From the NCBI GenBank assembly GCA_951406725.2, contig OX597815.1, forward strand, positions 7,936,001 to 8,000,000: a stretch of 64,000 nucleotides of DNA, given 5' to 3'. A program made the position numbers and the translations under genes. The notes below the pieces were generated by a model. That model ran no database searches, had not been told where the DNA came from, and was given only the letters and a program-made list of their open reading frames with translations. Positions 1 to 13,671 of this stretch are shown piece after piece; positions within the stretch are counted from its first letter, which is position 1; every line of letters begins with the position of its first letter. This DNA is from Octopus vulgaris. Lineage: Eukaryota.

Positions 1-146
1 TTGGAATTTTAATTAATAAATTTCTTTGCCTAACTACATCAAGTGTGCTAGCACACAATTTATTATTAAGTTTTCTTGCAGTAGGCGCCACTGAGTAATT
101 TTTCTCCCAGAACTTTAAAAATCTATAACAATGAGACTGGATATGG

Positions 147-710
<564 letters not shown>

Positions 711-1084
711 CTGTATGCATGTATTTGCGTTTATACTGTGTATTTCTACTAGTAGTATCACTGTTATATCACCGCCATCAAAAACACCACCACCACCACC
801 ACCACCAATACTTCTGACACCACTATCAGCACCACCTAATCCATCATTCAATTACACCCACAACTACCACTACCACCACCACCGTCATCGTCATCACTGC
901 TACAACCACTGCCACCGCCGCTACCATGGTACCATTAATCTTAATAATATTCCACTTGTGCACTGTGATCGGTCGGCGTCAGTGATAAGATCATCTGAAG
1001 AATCTTTGATTTCATTTGGAACTGAAAGCGAAACGTTTATCCATCATCATGCAGGGAACTACCACCGACACCACAGAAACGCTC

Positions 1085-1086
1085 AG

Positions 1087-1118
<32 letters not shown>

Positions 1119-1128
1119 GCTGCTGCTG

Positions 1129-1195
<67 letters not shown>

Positions 1196-1263
1196 CACCA
1201 CACCACACCACTACTACTACCACCAACACCACCACCACCACCACCACTACTACTACTACTACC

Positions 1264-1295
<32 letters not shown>

Positions 1296-2480
1296 CACTA
1301 CCACCACCACCACCACCACCACCACCACTACTACTACTACTATTACTACTACCACCACCACCACTACTACCACCACCACCACCACCACCACTACTACTAC
1401 CACCACCACCACTACTACCACCACCACTACCACTACACCACCACCACCACCACTACTACTACTACTACCACCACCACCACTACTACTACCACCACCACCA
1501 CTACTACCACCACCACCACTACCACCACTACTACCACCACCACCACCACCACCACCACTACTACCACCACCACCACTACTACCACCACCACCACCACCAC
1601 CACCACCACCACCACCACCACTACTACCACCACCACCACCACCACTACTACTACTATTACTACTACCACCACCACCACTACTACCACCACCACCACCACC
1701 ACCACTACTACTACCACCACCACCACTACTACCACCACCACCACCACCACCACTACTACCACCACCACCGCCCACTACTACTACTACTACTACTGCTACT
1801 ACTACCACCACCACCAACACCACTACTACTACTACTGTTACTACTACTACTACTACTACTACTATCAAACACAGAACTACCACTAGTACTATAGCATAGA
1901 ACTATCACCACACCAACACTATTAGACACAGAATTACTACTACTACGACTATTACTGCTACTAGCACCAGCACCAGCACTAAAATCACAACCACCACCAC
2001 CACCATCACACAGAGAATTAGCAGTACTACGACCACAACCATGACGCACACAAACAAAAGCACCACCACTACATACATAGAACCACTGCCACAACTATAA
2101 TACACAGAGCAGAACTCTACCAACACTATCATACACCATCATCAAACATTCAGAACAACCACCACACCATCACCACCACCGCAACCGCTTCCACCCTCAC
2201 CACCACCACCACCACCATCACCACCACCACCACCACCACCGCCACCGCCACCACCAACACCGTCACCACCACCGTCACAGAATTATCACTACCAACGTTA
2301 TCATACTCAACTACCACCACGCTACCACACGCAGAACCACCACCACTAACATCTCACCCAACACTACTACCGCCATCACAGCGCCTTTACACACTACACT
2401 ACCACTAACACAACCATCACACACTATTACCAAGCTGTAATATCACTAACGACCGCTATCCCATACAAAACTACCACTAC
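1085..2480. repeat. Compound (CTA)n/(CCA)n trinucleotide array, degenerate 3' of ~1870
   Basis: Direct reading; explains the poly-T/P/L/H/Y ORFs. Confidence 0.95.
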
Positions 2481-2529
2481 CATCTCAGAACTACCACTAT
2501 CACACACATACACACACGCACATTCTTAC

Positions 2530-2646
2530 ACACGTACATACATACATACATACTTACATACATACTTACATACATACTTACATACATACATATATACATA
2601 CATACATACATACATACATACATACATACATACATACATACATACA

Positions 2647-2680
<34 letters not shown>

Positions 2681-2810
2681 CATACATACATACATGCATG
2701 TATACATACATACGTACGTACATACATACATACATACATACATACGTACGTACATACATACATACATACATACATGCATGCATGCATGCATGCATACATA
2801 CATACACACA

Positions 2811-2844
<34 letters not shown>

Positions 2845-3275
2845 CATACATACATACATGCATGTATACATACATACGTACATACATACATACATACACA
2901 CATACATACATACATACATATATACGTACACACATACATACATACATACACACATACACACATGCATGCATGCATACATGCATGCATACATACATATATA
3001 CATACAAACATACATGCACACACACACACATACATACATACATACATACATACATACATACGTACGTACATACATACATGCATACATACATACATACATA
3101 CATACATGCATACATACATACATGCATGCATACATACACACATACATGCATGCATACATACATACACACACACATACATACATACATACACACACACATA
3201 CATACATACATACATACATACATACATACATACATACATACATACATACATGCATGCATGCATACATACATGCAC
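2530..3275. repeat. (TACA)n tetranucleotide array with TGCA/TACG variants
   Basis: Direct reading. Confidence 0.97.
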
Positions 3276-3714
3276 GCATCATTAACTCCAAAGACAGTAC
3301 AGTGGAGAGAATATCCCATGTCCATGCAATCACACAACGTCACATAGACTATCATTATTACCATCATCGGCATTAAAAGACATCATCGTAAGTCATAATT
3401 TGATCGTACATTGACGTTGTCAGGGGTTACCAGGGGTTACCAGTAACTTTGAATAGCATCAAATTATAATATCTATGAGGATGGCAAACAAAGGTTCAGT
3501 CCAGTGCTGTTCACACTATATAATTCGCGAGTGCTGGGGTGCAGGGTCGAACCCCAGAAGCTTCCGGTGAATATTGATATCATAATCAACGTCATAAACA
3601 GCTACGAAATAGTAGCAGCAATGACAGCTATCAAGAAGAACCTCGAAACTGCCTTCTCGGGTGAGACGAAGTTTCATTTTCTAATGGATCATAACAAGTG
3701 CTTACAGAATGCGT

Positions 3715-4123
3715 GCATGTATGTATGTATGTATGTATGTATGTATGTATGTATGTATGTATGTATGTATGTATGTATGTATGTATGTATGTATGTATGT
3801 ATGTATGTATGTATGTATGTATGCATGCATGTATGTATGTATGTATGTATGTATGTATGTATGTATGTATGTATGTATGTATGTATGTATGTATGTATGT
3901 ATGTATGTATGTATGTATGTATGTATGTATGTATGTATGTATGTATGTATGTATGTATGTATGTATGTATGTATGTATGTATGTATGTATGTATGTATGT
4001 ATGTATGTATGTATGTATGTATGTATGTATGTATGTATGTATGTATGTATGTATGTATGTATGTATGTATGTATGTATGTATGCATGCATGTATGTATGT
4101 ATGTATGTATGTATGTATGTATG

Positions 4124-4154
<31 letters not shown>

Positions 4155-4425
4155 TGTATGTATGTATGTATGTATGTATGTATGTATGTATGTATGTATG
4201 TATGTATGTGTGTATGTATGTATGTATGTATGTATGTATGTATGTATGTATGTATGTATGTATGTATGTATGTATGTATGTATGTATGTATGTATGTATG
4301 TATGTATGTATGTATGTATGTATGTATGGATGGATGGATGGATGTATGTATGTATGTATGTATGTATGTATGTATGTATGTATGGATGGATGGATGGATG
4401 TATGCATGCATACATGTATGTATGT
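3715..4425. repeat. (TATG)n tetranucleotide array (reverse complement of the 2530-3275 array)
   Basis: Direct reading. Confidence 0.97.
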
Positions 4426-5891
4426 GCAGATTTGTATGTTTTATGTATATATTCTCATGCATATACTTGCATATCTAGATATGCTCATATATATTTAAAT
4501 GATAAACTTCTGAAAAGTTTTACAGATTTTTACAGTTCCAGTGATGGATTGGATCTGTAGTCTTCGAATTAGCTTTCTCCTTTCTGGTTTTGAGAGGCCT
4601 AATTTCTCAAGATTGGTATTTAAGCAGTGTGTTTACATATCTCAGGGCCCCAATAATTACAGGTATAAACCTGAACTTGTAATCTGGATAGAGTAACTGC
4701 AGATTTCTCAATAGTTCAGCATAGGTCTTCTCTTTCTCTCTGAACTTTATCTTTATGCTAATATCCGCTGGGTAGCTAATTTCCACAACTGTGCACAGTT
4801 TCTCTTTTCCATCCCAAATCATTATATCAGATCTGTTGTACTTAACATTTTATTGAGGTCTTCACTGGTACATTCCACCAGTATTCCTTTTTATTATGAG
4901 TGGCTATGGCTTCTACCATATTGTGGGTTCTTATTTCTTTGTCCTCGGGATTATCGTTCCGACGGATTTCATTATACAACGTCATGTCTCATCGGTAAAG
5001 CCGTGATGACATTTTCAGACAACTGCTTTTGATGTGAGTGATATTTTCAATGTGAACTCCACAAATTCTGCATCGATTGTCACATTTTACGGCTTTTCCT
5101 GCATCTCTATCTCATTTGTGCATCAGGTACTTGGTTGATATTTCCTGTTCCTGGATTGCAAACGCATACCCTACAAAGTGGGAGGGAGTAATCCGACTAT
5201 TGGTCCATGATAAACTGCTTTGATGATCGCTGTTACTATCATCATGGAACTTTCTACTGACATATCCATGCATAGTCTTCTGCTCATATAAGGCTCAGCC
5301 TGTCATCCGATAATACGTTGCGGTAGAGTCGTGCGACTTCTTTGGGCATGTATTCTAAGTTATCAGACAAAGAGTGTTGCTCAAGAAGCTGCCTTCCAAG
5401 TCTTATGATGTTATCAGCCTCACGTATGCAACCTTGGTCAAGGGATGCACTTCGACAGTTAGTGGTTAAAAGATGTGGCTGAAGGGATATGATGCAACAT
5501 TCAAAAGCATTTTGGATCGATGTTAAGCCTCTTCCGCCTTGTTTTCGTTTTAGGTAGACGCGGTCAACGTCACTGTTTATGTGGAAATTAAATGTGCTTG
5601 TTAGTACTTTTCGGGTTTTCACATCAATGGGTCGGATCTCATCGAGCGTCCAATCAAGCAGCCCAAATGTTGGTATGAGTACTGGCATTGCAAACACATT
5701 GTGGGCCACTATTTTATTGAATGCAGAGAGTTCTGAGGTTCAAATTTTCTTTATTCGACTGTAATATCCTTTAGCGACATGTGTTTTGGTACAGGTGCTA
5801 CTGTAAGATGTATTTTCATCCACCCCTAGATACCTGTAACATTCCTCGTCAAATACAGGGGAAATAGTCAAATCATTGATGGAGATCTTAC
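4425..5891 (-). mobile_element. 5'-truncated, decayed R4/Dong-clade non-LTR retrotransposon (RT C-terminus, CCHC finger, restriction-like endonuclease)
   Basis: Minus-strand translation: ECYRYLGVDE (~5835), AHNVFAMPVL..FG..W..DVKTRKVL..H.NSDVDRVYLKRKQGGRGL (5500-5709), CRICGVHIENITHIKSSC (~5030-5075), RHD (~4985), RSDIMIWD..VVEIS.P..EKEKTY..IPVIIGAL (4640-4835); stop near 4495. Confidence 0.88.
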
Positions 5892-6098
5892 TATGTATGT
5901 ATGTATGTATGTTTGTATGTATGTATGTATGTGTGTGTGTGTGTGTGTGTGTGGATAGGTATGTAGGTAGGTATGCATAAATGTATGTATGTAGTATGCA
6001 TGTATGTATGTATGTATGTATGTATCTATCTATTTATCTATTTTATCTATCTATCTATCCATCTAGCTATCTATTTATCTATCCATCCACCCACCCGG

Positions 6099-6158
<60 letters not shown>

Positions 6159-6166
6159 TTATCTAT

Positions 6167-6208
<42 letters not shown>

Positions 6209-6228
6209 ATATCTAACTATCTATCTAT
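5892..6228. repeat. Compound (TATG)n/(GT)n/(TCTA)n/(CT)n microsatellite
   Basis: Direct reading. Confidence 0.93.
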
Positions 6229-6440
6229 GCTCCCTTCATTCCTTAGTTATTTGAAGTCTTTTTGTAAGGAAGGATCTGGTTTCTCACAAAGATATAACTT
6301 GGGGAAAGACTTGCATGTATCTATTGTTCTTCTTACAAATTGTATTTGTAATATGCACGATAGCTGGTTGACTTCTTTTACAAAAAAAACCCAAATTGTC
6401 ACATAAGTATTTACTAAAACCAAATGCACCAATTATTTAA

Positions 6441-6566
6441 TGCATGTATGCGTGTGCATGTATGCGTGTGCATGTATGCGTGTGCATGTATGCGTGTGCA
6501 TGTATGCGTGTGCATGTATGCGTGTTCATGTATGCGTGTGCATGTATGCGTGTGCATGTATGCATG
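6441..6566. repeat. 14-bp tandem repeat TGCATGTATGCGTG, about 9 copies
   Basis: Direct reading. Confidence 0.93.
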
Positions 6567-7402
6567 TGGTCACGTATGATTGTATGAATGAGTATGGGAG
6601 GCTGACCGTATATATATGTGTATTTGTGCGTGTGTGGATGTCTGTGTGTGTTTATATGTGTATCTAAGTGTGAGCTTACAATTGTTTTACTCTTCACTAT
6701 TCACATGACCTACGTTTCCAATTGAAACATTTTAGTTGACTGATTTAATAAGTCATCCACCTACCCTCGCACTTGAGCCTATTTCAAGAATCCCAGAAAG
6801 TATGAACCCTAGTAACTCCACTACAACAGCATTTGAACTCAGAGCCTAGAGATATCTAAATGTTACAGTGCATTTAGTTGTTAAAATGTTGTGTTCACCA
6901 TTTTCCTTACTACGGCGCTTCCATCTTCTTAAGACATCATTAATTTGAGATCCAGTTTCCTCATTTTGGTGAAGGAACAAGATTAATGGTTTAGAGTGGC
7001 GTGGCATTAATCCCTCTTCAAAGAGATCACAATGATTTTACAACAAAGGATCAAAAGTAGATCGGATTGAAGGCTTCACCTAAACCACAACCCACTGTTA
7101 AAACAAAATTGGAGAAATGTGGTTTTATTCTATGTCTGATAAAGATAGGATATTTAGATTTAATTAAATAACAGATCCGCTCATTCATAGCTGTTCTGGT
7201 GCTAAATAACGACAATATGTCGCAGTCGGAATATTGGTATAGCTGGAGTGAGTGCCGCCTGGGGGTAGACTTTGAGTGTTCCCTCTCCCCACCCCCGGAG
7301 CCAATACGACCTATATAGGCTTATACTGCAGACTCAGAAGTGCTGCATTCATTTACCGACTAGCTATGCTCCTAGCTCATAACCAACTCTGATTTAAACT
7401 CA

Positions 7403-7631
7403 CCTATTTCTTTACTACACACAAGGAGCTAAACACAGAGGGGCCAAACAAGTACAGACAAACAGATTAAGTCGATTACATCGACCCCAGTGCGTAATTA
7501 GTACTTAATTTATCGACCCCGAAAGGATGAAAGGCAAAGTCGACCTCGGCGGAATTTGAACTCAGAACGTAGCGACAGACGCCAAGCATTTCGTCCTGCG
7601 TGCTAACGTTTCTGCCATCTCCTCGCCGCCT
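7403..7631 (-). mobile_element. tRNA-derived SINE, family A
   Basis: B-box GAGTTCAAATTCC, body GCCTTTCATCCTTTCGGGGTCGATAAA; 15-bp TSD TCTGATTTAAACTCA at 7388-7402 and 7633-7647. Confidence 0.92.
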
Positions 7632-8152
7632 ATCTGATTTAAACTCATCTTCTACGTCGTTAACCATTTTCCGTTGAATTTTTACCTACATACAAGACGA
7701 CGCACGCAAAAGTAGCCCGGATTCCGTAGCATTGTGTAAATACGCGCACGAAAAAGCACGCAAGCCTTTCGTATACAAGTGCCATTGTGTTATGTCGACC
7801 ACTTGTAACTGCTGAACAAAGACAGCACACCAGTCGACTGTTTGCAACGTTATCCCCATCGCATCCTCGGCACATTAGTTGATCGTAATATTGCATTGAG
7901 TGAACACCTCTAGCCTTTTCTCCAAGATGACGTACTTAATAGCGGAAAGGGTTTTGAGATTATACAAACGTATGCGAGAAAAGGGTTCTGTTAAGCAAAT
8001 GTGTGAAACTACTACCATGGCCCTTACTTTGATCTTATAACCCTTCTGTTAAATGGTCATGGCATACCACTGTTTATTTTGCCTCATATAACTACCCTTC
8101 CTCCTGGCTATTTCAGAAACCATGCAAAAATATCAAGGATGCTGCCTAACAT

Positions 8153-8534
8153 AGGCGCAGGAGTGGCTGTGTGGTAAGTAGCTTGCCTACCAACCACATG
8201 GTTCTGGGTTCAGTCCCACTGCGTGGCATCTTGGGCAAGTGTCTTCTGCTATAGCCTCGGGCCGACCAATGCCTTGTGAGTGGATTTGGTAGACGGAAAC
8301 TGAAAGAAGCCTGTCGTATATATGTATATATATGTATGTATGTGTATGTATATGTTTGTATGCTGGTGTGTTTACGTCCCCGTCACTTAGCGGTTCGGCA
8401 AAAGAGACCGATAGAATAAGTACTGGGCTTACAAAGAATAAGTCCCGGGGTCGATTTGCTCGACTAAAGGCGGTGCTCCAGCATGGCCGCAGTCAAATGA
8501 CTGAAACAAGTAAAAGAGTAAAGAGTAAAGAGTA
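8153..8534 (+). mobile_element. tRNA-derived CORE-like SINE, family B
   Basis: Head GGCGCAGGAGTGGCTGTGTGGTAAG..GGTTCAGTCCC, CORE-like CTTGGGCAAGTG, internal microsatellite, tail CCAGCATGGCCGCAGTCAAATGACTGAAACAAG(TAAAAGAG)n; many copies in the window. Confidence 0.93.
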
Positions 8535-8797
8535 ACTACATTCGAGTTAGACATAAATTAAGGGTATTTTTTGTCATGTGATTACCCTTCAAATAAGCTG
8601 TGTATTTTTGTTAATAAAGATTCTTTTGTAAAGATACTGCCAGGGAGTTTAACATTTACTATATATCAAAATCTGCTCAATGAGTCTTGAAGCATCGTTC
8701 TGCAATTCAAATCATATTTACTAACCTTCATCCACGCCACATTTAGTGCTGGTGACTTGTCAGAAGATATTTTACTGACAGAAATTATAGAAATATA

Positions 8798-8817
8798 CAC
8801 ACAAACGCACAAACGCA

Positions 8818-8907
<90 letters not shown>

Positions 8908-9156
8908 TGCACACGTATGTATGTATTATGTATATACGTTTTTTTTTATGAATATACACATGTATAAGTATACACATACTCATAATCATACATACCAACG
9001 AAAATACACAAATATATATCTGCACTCGGCATATATATTTATACACGCATATACAAACGCACGAATACGCAAACACAAACACAATACATATATACACATA
9101 CATATAATTATATATACGTGTGTGTAATAAAAAGTGCAACTCCCCTCTATTGTATG

Positions 9157-9252
<96 letters not shown>
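8798..9252. repeat. (CA)n and (TA)n microsatellites
   Basis: Direct reading. Confidence 0.92.
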
Positions 9253-9255
<3 letters not shown>

Positions 9256-9546
9256 ATGACGATTATTTCATTAGTGAAGAAATTATAATAATTAAATCAA
9301 ATGACAGCTAAATAATTTACATAATTATTTTCTTGCTGCAGAAGCTTTGAAGAAAACCTATTTGACAAAGAGGATGGTTGGAGGTGATTGAAGATGATGG
9401 AAAATTGAATATAACTATTGGTGACTGATGGCGACTGAGGATGACTGAATATAAGTGATGATGATTGAAATTGACTGAAGATAATCCAACATCACTAAAG
9501 GTAGTTGAAGATAACTAAAGATAAGCGAAGATGGTTGCGGATAAGG

Positions 9547-9832
9547 GACGATGACTAAAGATGATTGAAAATGAATGACGATGACTAAAGATGATTGAAA
9601 ATGAATGACGATGACTAAAGATGATTGAAAATGAATGACGATGACTAAAGATGATTGAAAATGAATGACGATGACTAAAGATGATTGATAATGAAGACGA
9701 TGACTAAAGATGATTGAAAATGAATGACGATGACTAAAGATGATTGAAAATGAATGACGATGACTAAAGATGATTGAAAATGAATGACGATGACTAAAGA
9801 TGATTGAAAATGAATGACGATGACTGAAGATG
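9547..9832. repeat. 30-bp minisatellite GACGATGACTAAAGATGATTGAAAATGAAT, about 9.5 copies
   Basis: Near-identical units, one variant unit near 9680, degenerate related flanks. Confidence 0.95.
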
Positions 9833-10440
9833 AATAAAGATGTCTGAATGTGACAAAAGATGACTGAAGGAAACAGACGACAGAAGTCAACTGCCTTCCT
9901 ACGGCTCCGTTAGATTCTGTGAAATTAGAAGAAAATAGAAAATCGTTAATTTTGTAAAACATTGGAGATTGTGACCCACTTCTTTCCTGTATCAAACTAT
10001 AAATATTGATTTATTACCATTGAAGCGAGGGGGAGTGGTTTGTAAGCGAGGGGGAGGAGAGACAGAAGTGATGCTATCTTGTCTAACTGAACAGTTATCG
10101 CAATACAGAGCTGACGTTCACTATCATTGACATAATGAATTTTTAATCGAAGGTGACGAAGTAGGGGTACATACTGTCTTGAACTGAGACCAGAGTATAA
10201 TATAGGTATTTGCTTTTATTGATCATCATCTCCCCATCGCCATGTAAAGATGAAATCTAAAGTCAAACGTCAACAAAAGTAAGATTGTGATCTGAAAAGT
10301 GAAGGGTCGTAAATAAATACGTTTTCGTGGCTTTTCTCACTCCCCAGCCTTGTCTTTTAATTACAGGTGCGAAAGTCAGACCTTTTGTGAGAGCAAACAA
10401 TCAAGTAATTTATTCCGTTATTTCAATGGTATTAGATTGG

Positions 10441-11038
10441 AGGTGAGCTAGCAGAAATGTTAGCACGCCGGGCGAAATGCTTAGCGGTATTTCGTCTGCC
10501 GTTACGTTCTGAGTTCAAATTCCGCCGAGGTCGACTTTGCCTTTCATCCCTCCGGGGTCGATTAATTAAGTACCAGTTACGCACTGGGGTAGATATAATA
10601 GACTTAATCCGTTTGTCTGTCCTTGTTTGTCCCCTCTGTGTTTAGCCCCTTGTGGGTAATAAAGAAATAGGTATTTCGTCTGTCTTTACGTTCCGAGTTC
10701 AAATTCCGCCGAGGTCGACTTTGCCTTTCATCCTTTCGGGAGTCGATAAATTAAGTACCAGTTACGCACTGAGGTCGATGTAATTGACTTAATACCTATG
10801 TCTGTCCTTGTTTGTCTCCTCTATGTTTAGCCCCTTGTGGGTAATAAAGAAATAGGTATTTCGTCTGTCTTTACGTTCCGAGTTCAAATTCCGCCGAGGT
10901 CGACTTTGCCTTTCATCCTTTCGGGGTCGATAAATTAAGTACCAGTTATGCACTGCGGTCGATGTAATTGACTTAATACCTATGTCTGTCCTTGTTTGTC
11001 CCCTCTGTGTTTAGCCCCTTGTGGGTAATAAAGAAATA
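10441..11038 (+). mobile_element. SINE family A trimer (head plus three ~186-bp units)
   Basis: Units restart at GGTATTTCGTCTG (~10670, ~10855); 16-bp TSD GGTATTAGATTGGAGG at 10428-10443 and 11039-11054. Confidence 0.93.
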
Positions 11039-11241
11039 GGTATTAGATTGGAGGAAAGAGCAGTACTTCCACTTGGAGAGACTGAAGCGGTTGATGTTCA
11101 GTTTAAACATTTCTAAGTAGGTGTCCGTGTGTAAAACGAGGGCATGCAGAGGGAATTCCAGTAAGGTGATCTGGCAGATCGGGTAAGGGTTCTGAGCGGG
11201 TCTTACTGAGACAACAGCAAGGTAAGAGATGCCCTAAATGA

Positions 11242-11989
11242 AAGAGGGTTGGCTGAAAAGCTCATATGCTGACTATGAAGGAGCGATACTAGACCTGTGA
11301 AATTTTGCATGCATTAATTTCAACTCTTCTTATTTATAACTGCATTGTTTCTTTCCAGGAGGCGCAATGGCCCAGTGGTTAGGGGAGCGGACTCGCGGTC
11401 ATAGGATCGCGGTTTCGATTCCCAGACCGGGCGTTGTGAGTGTTTATTGAGCGAAAACACCTAAAAGCTCCACGAGGCTCCGGCAGGGGATGGTGGTGAT
11501 CCCTGCTGTACTCTTTCACCACAACTTTCTCTCACTCTTGCTTCCTGTTTCTGTTGTACCTGTATTTCAAAGGGCCGGCCTTGTCACTCTCTGTGTCACG
11601 CTGAATATCCCCGAGAACTACGTTAAGGGTGCACGTGTCTGTGGAGTGTTCAGCCACTTACACGTTAATTTCACGTGCAGGCTGTTCCATTGATTCGGAT
11701 CAACCGGAACCCTCATCGTCGTAACCGACGGAGTGCTTCCATCCATGTTTCTTTCCAGGTAAACTGACATTTGACGGTTGAAAGAAGATTTCAAAAGTAA
11801 CTAGTAACGGCTTCTCTTGAAAATGGACAAAATTTAGCATCCTTGTGTTATCAAGTACCAGCGCAAAAAGGGTTTAACCCCCACCAAAGGCGCTCAAGAA
11901 GGATTTATGTCGAAAAATAAATCTCATTTATTTTCATTATCCATGAAAGTATGTTGGTCAGCCTATGAACTCTTCAGCCGACCCACGTA
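11242..11989 (+). mobile_element. Internally deleted mariner DNA transposon carrying a nested SINE
   Basis: TIRs GAGGGTTGGCTGAAAAGCTCATATGCTGAC / GTCAGCCTATGAACTCTTCAGCCGACCCACGTA; transposase N-terminus MDKI*HPCVIKY..KKGLTP (~11823) joined to the C-terminal YVEK*. Confidence 0.82.
11358..11745 (+). mobile_element. tRNA-derived SINE, family C
   Basis: A-box TGGCCCAGTGG, B-box GGTTTCGATTCCC; 14-bp TSD TGTTTCTTTCCAGG. Confidence 0.92.
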
Positions 11990-12167
11990 TGTAATTATAA
12001 TTTCAGGAGAGTTATTTCTATTGTAATAGCGATTCAACAAGTAGAATAAGAAGACAGCATGGCTGGTTCGGAATTTGCAAAGTGAGAATATGTGAATATT
12101 TTCCAATTCGATTGATGGTTTTCTTTTGATGTGGTCCATTTTCTTTAAGTGTATACCAGCAAAGTAA

Positions 12168-12480
12168 AAGCGCGTAGCCAAATGGTTAGGGGTTTGCACT
12201 TACGATCACAAAATCGTAGTTTCCACTCCCGGATTGATGCTGCATTGTGTATTCTTGAGCAAAACACTTCATTTCGCATTGCTCCGGTGCGCTCAACTCT
12301 AATTGGGTAAAACGATGGACTAGCCTTCCTTTGAAGAGTATGTTGGCTTGCCTGCGTGCCTTCCTGCCAGCCTGCCTAGACATCGGGGCAGCATCATTCG
12401 AAAGCTATAATAATGCGAGGAAGTACATTGTGATCAGCGCTGTATAGCAACGTCTGATTGTCTGGTCGGTACAGTAACAC
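12168..12480 (+). mobile_element. Degenerate CORE-like SINE, family D related
   Basis: tRNA-like head (GTAGCCAAATGGTTAGGG), CORE-like TTCTTGAGCAAAACACTTCATTTCGCATTGCTCC shared with 16135-16447. Confidence 0.65.
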
Positions 12481-12919
12481 AGTGATGTCTCAGTAATACG
12501 AATAGCATATCTCATTGTGGGTCATTAGTTTATGATTCATGTGTACATGTGTAGTTGTAGTAGCAGCACAGTTACGTAAGCAGTGTTCAGTCGTGGGTCA
12601 TTGAGGATAAATAATTGATACCGTTTGATATATATATATATTGGAATATTAATATATATCTTGAATCAATAATATATTGGATGTATATTGAAAATATCTT
12701 GTAGCCTTGAAAATGAAGTTTACTTTTATGTTGTATATATATGAGAGGTGACTAAGAGAGAGAGAATCAGATATTGTGAGGTTTGTTACCGGGTGATATT
12801 AGATATTTCGAGACCCAATTTTGCTCACAAATTCCGTTGTTTTAATTATGTATTGTTCGTGAATAGAGAAGGTGAAATACGGCATCGTTTCTTTAATATA
12901 GCAAGCTAGAAAGCTGTAA

Positions 12920-13640
12920 AGTAGATTTGACTTGGGCAGTATTTGAATTCGGAATGTAAAAGAATGTCACTTGATAAGCGAATCATTTTCACCGATGCCC
13001 CAACGATTCAAACTTATTACAACAACAACAATAATAATGCTTTCTGCTATAGGCACAAGGCCTGAAATTTTGGGGGAAGGGGATTAGTCAATTATATCGA
13101 TCCCTGTGACCAACTGGTACTTATTTTATCGATCGCAACAGGATGAAAGGTTGGGTCGACCTCGGCGACATTTGAACTCAAGACGTAATAACGGATGAAA
13201 TGCTGTTAAGTATTTTGTTCGTCGTGCTGACGATTCTACCAGCTCGCCGTCTTAACAACAACAATAACAGTAGTAATAATGGTTTCAAATCTTTGGCACA
13301 GGGCCAGTAGTTTTTCGAGAGGAGGGGGAAGTCAATTTATCGAACCCGAAAGGATGAAAAGCAAAGCCGGCCTCCGTGGAATTTGAACTCAGAATGTAAA
13401 AGCAGACGAAATGCCGCTAAGCATTTCGTCCGGCGTGCTAACGATTCTACCAGCTCACCGTCTTAACAACAACGAGAACAATAATGATTTTATATTTTGA
13501 TACAAGGTTAGCAATTTCGTGGAAGATCGACCTCAGTGGTCAACTGGTATTTATGTTATCGGCTCAGACTGGATGAAAGGCTAAGTCGGACGAAATGACG
13601 CTAAGCATTTTGTCCGGCGTACCAGCTTGCTATCTTAACA
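12920..13640 (-). mobile_element. Cluster of 3-4 degenerate SINE-A-related copies with an alternative tail
   Basis: Repeated GGATGAAAGG..GTCGACCTCGGCG..ATTTGAACTCA..CCAGCTCGCCG separated by (CAA)n. Confidence 0.8.
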
Positions 13641-13671
13641 ACAACAACAACAACGACAACAATACTAATAA

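Noticed and set aside
985-1042. CTGAAGA..GAAACGTT hammerhead-like spacing
   Set aside because: No proximal stem I and poor stem II closure; likely chance
9547-9832. CRISPR-like array or VIVIHFQSSL repeat protein
   Set aside because: Units are contiguous with no unique spacers, no cas genes, eukaryotic context; plus frames contain stops
11358-11430. tRNA gene calls for SINE heads (families A-D)
   Set aside because: A and B boxes are present but continue into SINE bodies with TSDs; no complete cloverleaf evident
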